Source of the DNA: Camelus dromedarius
Taxonomy: Eukaryota
Length of the DNA stretch: 64,000 nt
Assembly (NCBI RefSeq): GCF_036321535.1
Contig: NC_087437.1
Coordinates: 92,816,001-92,880,000, forward strand
Direction of reading: 5' to 3'
Every line of letters starts with the position of its first letter. Positions within the stretch are counted from its first letter, which is position 1. Of this stretch, positions 61,701 through 64,000 are shown piece after piece. The notes under the pieces are model-generated. The model saw only the letters and a list, made by a program, of their open reading frames with translations, was not told where the DNA came from and searched no databases. The position numbers and the translations under genes are program-made.

Positions 61701-62614
61701 GGAAAGGAGCCAGATGTGACAGTGTGTGATGGTCAAGATTTTTTTTTGTTTTTTTGAAAGCAAGTAATTACAAACCACCCTTAAACTAATTTAAATAAAA
61801 AGAGAGGAAATTTCTTACAAAGATATAAAGGAATCTCAATGAACTCAAGGGCAGGCAGAGAACACAATTTGCCAGAATCCAATTCACTAATTGATTAATT
61901 TACCAGATTTGTTTGTTTGATGAGTTTTACTTGACCAGATTTTATTGTGATTACATATTTGTGGGAATGTTTATTTTTGTGTCTTCCCCATTCTCTTTTG
62001 CTAGAGTGGAAAACTGAGGTAAAGGTAAAGAAGACTGAGGGGCATAAGACAGTATATAATCACAAGAAGTTACATAATTTTTTGTGAATATATTCTTATG
62101 AACAAGAAGACTTCTTTTTTATATCTTAAATAACTATTGTAATAAACATTCTGTTCCATGGATAATTCTTCTTATAATATATGTTAATAAGAATATATTC
62201 AAAATTATGTTCTTATTAATATAGTCTTCTCAAACCCTTCTTTTGCATGCTCTCATCTTAGTGGTCAGCAATTAGGAGAATAGGTGGCATCTGTGTGAGA
62301 GAAGAAATGGTATAGGGTTGGGAACATCAGAGATAGTAACTGGGAGAAGCACTTGGGAATCTTGCAAAAAGGGGTTAAGAAATCTCTGTTGATTCAGGAG
62401 TCAGGAGCAGAAAGAAAGGAAAGCAGATGGAGTTCAAATCTCAATAAAAATTCATTTCTGAGCTCAATAAAAAATAATTTCTGACTCTGTATTATTACAG
62501 TAATGCAGGTCTTTAATTTTCTCCATTGTTAACTGGTGTGAACAGAAAAAGGACTATATCTAGTTTTCTTCTGTCTTTCATGTCCAACCTTCTCAAATAA
62601 ATGTATGACGTTCA

Positions 62615-62835
62615 TAATAGCTAATATTTATTGAACACTTACTACATGACAAAGTTTTTACTTCATCTTTATAACAACTTTGATGTTGTTGTTATTATGT
62701 TATCCTCATTTGATTGGGACAGAAGGATTAAACAAATTGCCCAAAGTTACATTGTTTTTAAAGAATGAAATCAGTATTCAAACCTGGACAATCTGATTCT
62801 GGAGTCTGGTTCTCACAGACACTAAACAACTACCT
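62615..62835 (-). mobile_element. MIR SINE
   Basis: taatagctaatatttattgaacacttacta...ttgcccaaagttaca...ttcaaacctggacaatctgattc. Confidence 0.85.
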
Positions 62836-63299
62836 CTGCATGTTGTTATTGTGTCTAGTTTGTCTTCATAACATTCAACTCCTGTCCCACCACTCTACCA
62901 ATATTGCATTCTTACAGTCACAAGTAATCTTCTAAACATCAGTTCCTAACATCCTCTTCTTGACTTCTCTATAACTTTTACTGAAGTCTGTTTTGAAGCA
63001 CTTCTCTTAATGTCTGTAAGTATACTTGTTTTCTTCTACCTTTTTCAACACCTCTCCTTTGTCTCCTTTTTTGGCTCTTCTGCATTTGCCCTCTAAGGGA
63101 GGGTTTGTCTTAAGTCTTCAAACCCTAACCCAAATCTACATATAGTACTTTAGTCTTCTTTAGGAATAAGACCCCCTAAGGGAAATTCTCTCAGCAAAAA
63201 CCTGATCCCCTAGTAGAGGTACATATGATAGCTTGCATTCCAGGCACAGCCTAGGGTTGCATGATGAACACACAGATCCCCACAGCCCTGATGCACCTT

Positions 63300-64000
63300 T
63301 TCTTTTTCTAATTTTTTAAAGTGGAAGGTGAGGTCACTGATTTGAGAACTTTTTTCTTCTCTAACACAGCTTTTAAGTGCTATACATTTTCCCCTAATTA
63401 CTGCTGTAGTGGCACCCCACTAAATTTCTGTCATATTGTGTTTTTATTTAGTCTAAAATGTTTTCTAATTCTATTTTGATTTCTTTTTTTAATGAATATC
63501 TTACATAGAAGTATGTTATTTATTATCAACTATTTTTGAATTTTCCAGATATGTTTCTTTTGTTGTTTTCTCATTTAATTTCATTGTGGTCAGAGAGCAC
63601 ACTCTTTATAACTTAACCCATTTAAAACTATTGAGATTTGTTTATTGTCTGTATATAGTCTATCTTGGTAAATTTTCCATGTACACTAAAAGAGTGTGCA
63701 TTCTATTGTTGTGGGATGGAGTGCTATAGCAGTGTATCCCTTAAGTTAGGTGTGTTGATAATGTTCAAATAGTCTATATGATAATATTAATTTTCCATTT
63801 ATTCTATCATATATTGAGAAGGGTATTGAAATTTTTAACTATAATAGTGGATCTGTCTATTTCTTCTTGCAGTTCTATCAGTTTTTGCTTTATGTAGTTT
63901 GAAAATCTGTTATTAAATGTGCAAAGATTTAGGATTATTATGTCTTTTTGATAGATCCTTTCATCATGAAATGACCTTATTTGTCCCTGGTGATATTATC
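63300..64000 (-). mobile_element. Old L1 (L1M) ORF2 endonuclease-region fragment; runs off window end
   Basis: gctatacattttcccctaattactgct...ttcattgtggtcagagagcacact...tatcttggtaaattttccatgtacact...ataatagtggatctgtctatttc. Confidence 0.9.

Noticed and set aside
1..64000. ORF-track entries (60-127 aa) as protein-coding genes
   Set aside because: Short, low-complexity or inside repeats, many with non-ATG starts, no recognisable domains (except the L2 RT remnant) and no coherent multi-exon frame

Overview
AT-rich, CpG-depleted placental-mammal DNA that is intronic or intergenic. It is most likely camelid: there is one short tRNA-derived vic-1-like SINE and cetartiodactyl-type L1 3' ends, and I saw no Alu, B1, Bov-A/tA, PRE or SINEC. 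I recognise no protein-coding gene, functional RNA gene or CRISPR array. The ORF track is consistent with chance ORFs, apart from one decayed L2 reverse-transcriptase remnant. Much of the window is fossil transposons: MIR, L2, L3, L1, MaLR/ERVL solo LTRs, and Tigger/Tc2/hAT MITEs. Subfamily names come from recalled consensus motifs, and boundaries are approximate unless termini or TSDs are quoted. I cannot establish a new biological system from sequence alone. The best unexplained signals are: (1) a ~108-nt, ~35-pair fold-back at 8649-8756 that sequesters a candidate 49-nt exon and places its 5' splice site at the stem apex; (2) a CpG-retaining patch with a consensus splice donor at 5719-5950, followed by an inverted TGACAGATG pair; (3) a few strong-site candidate exons on both strands; (4) retrotransposition oddities, namely a TSD-flanked microsatellite and a SINE with a fold-back 5' extension.
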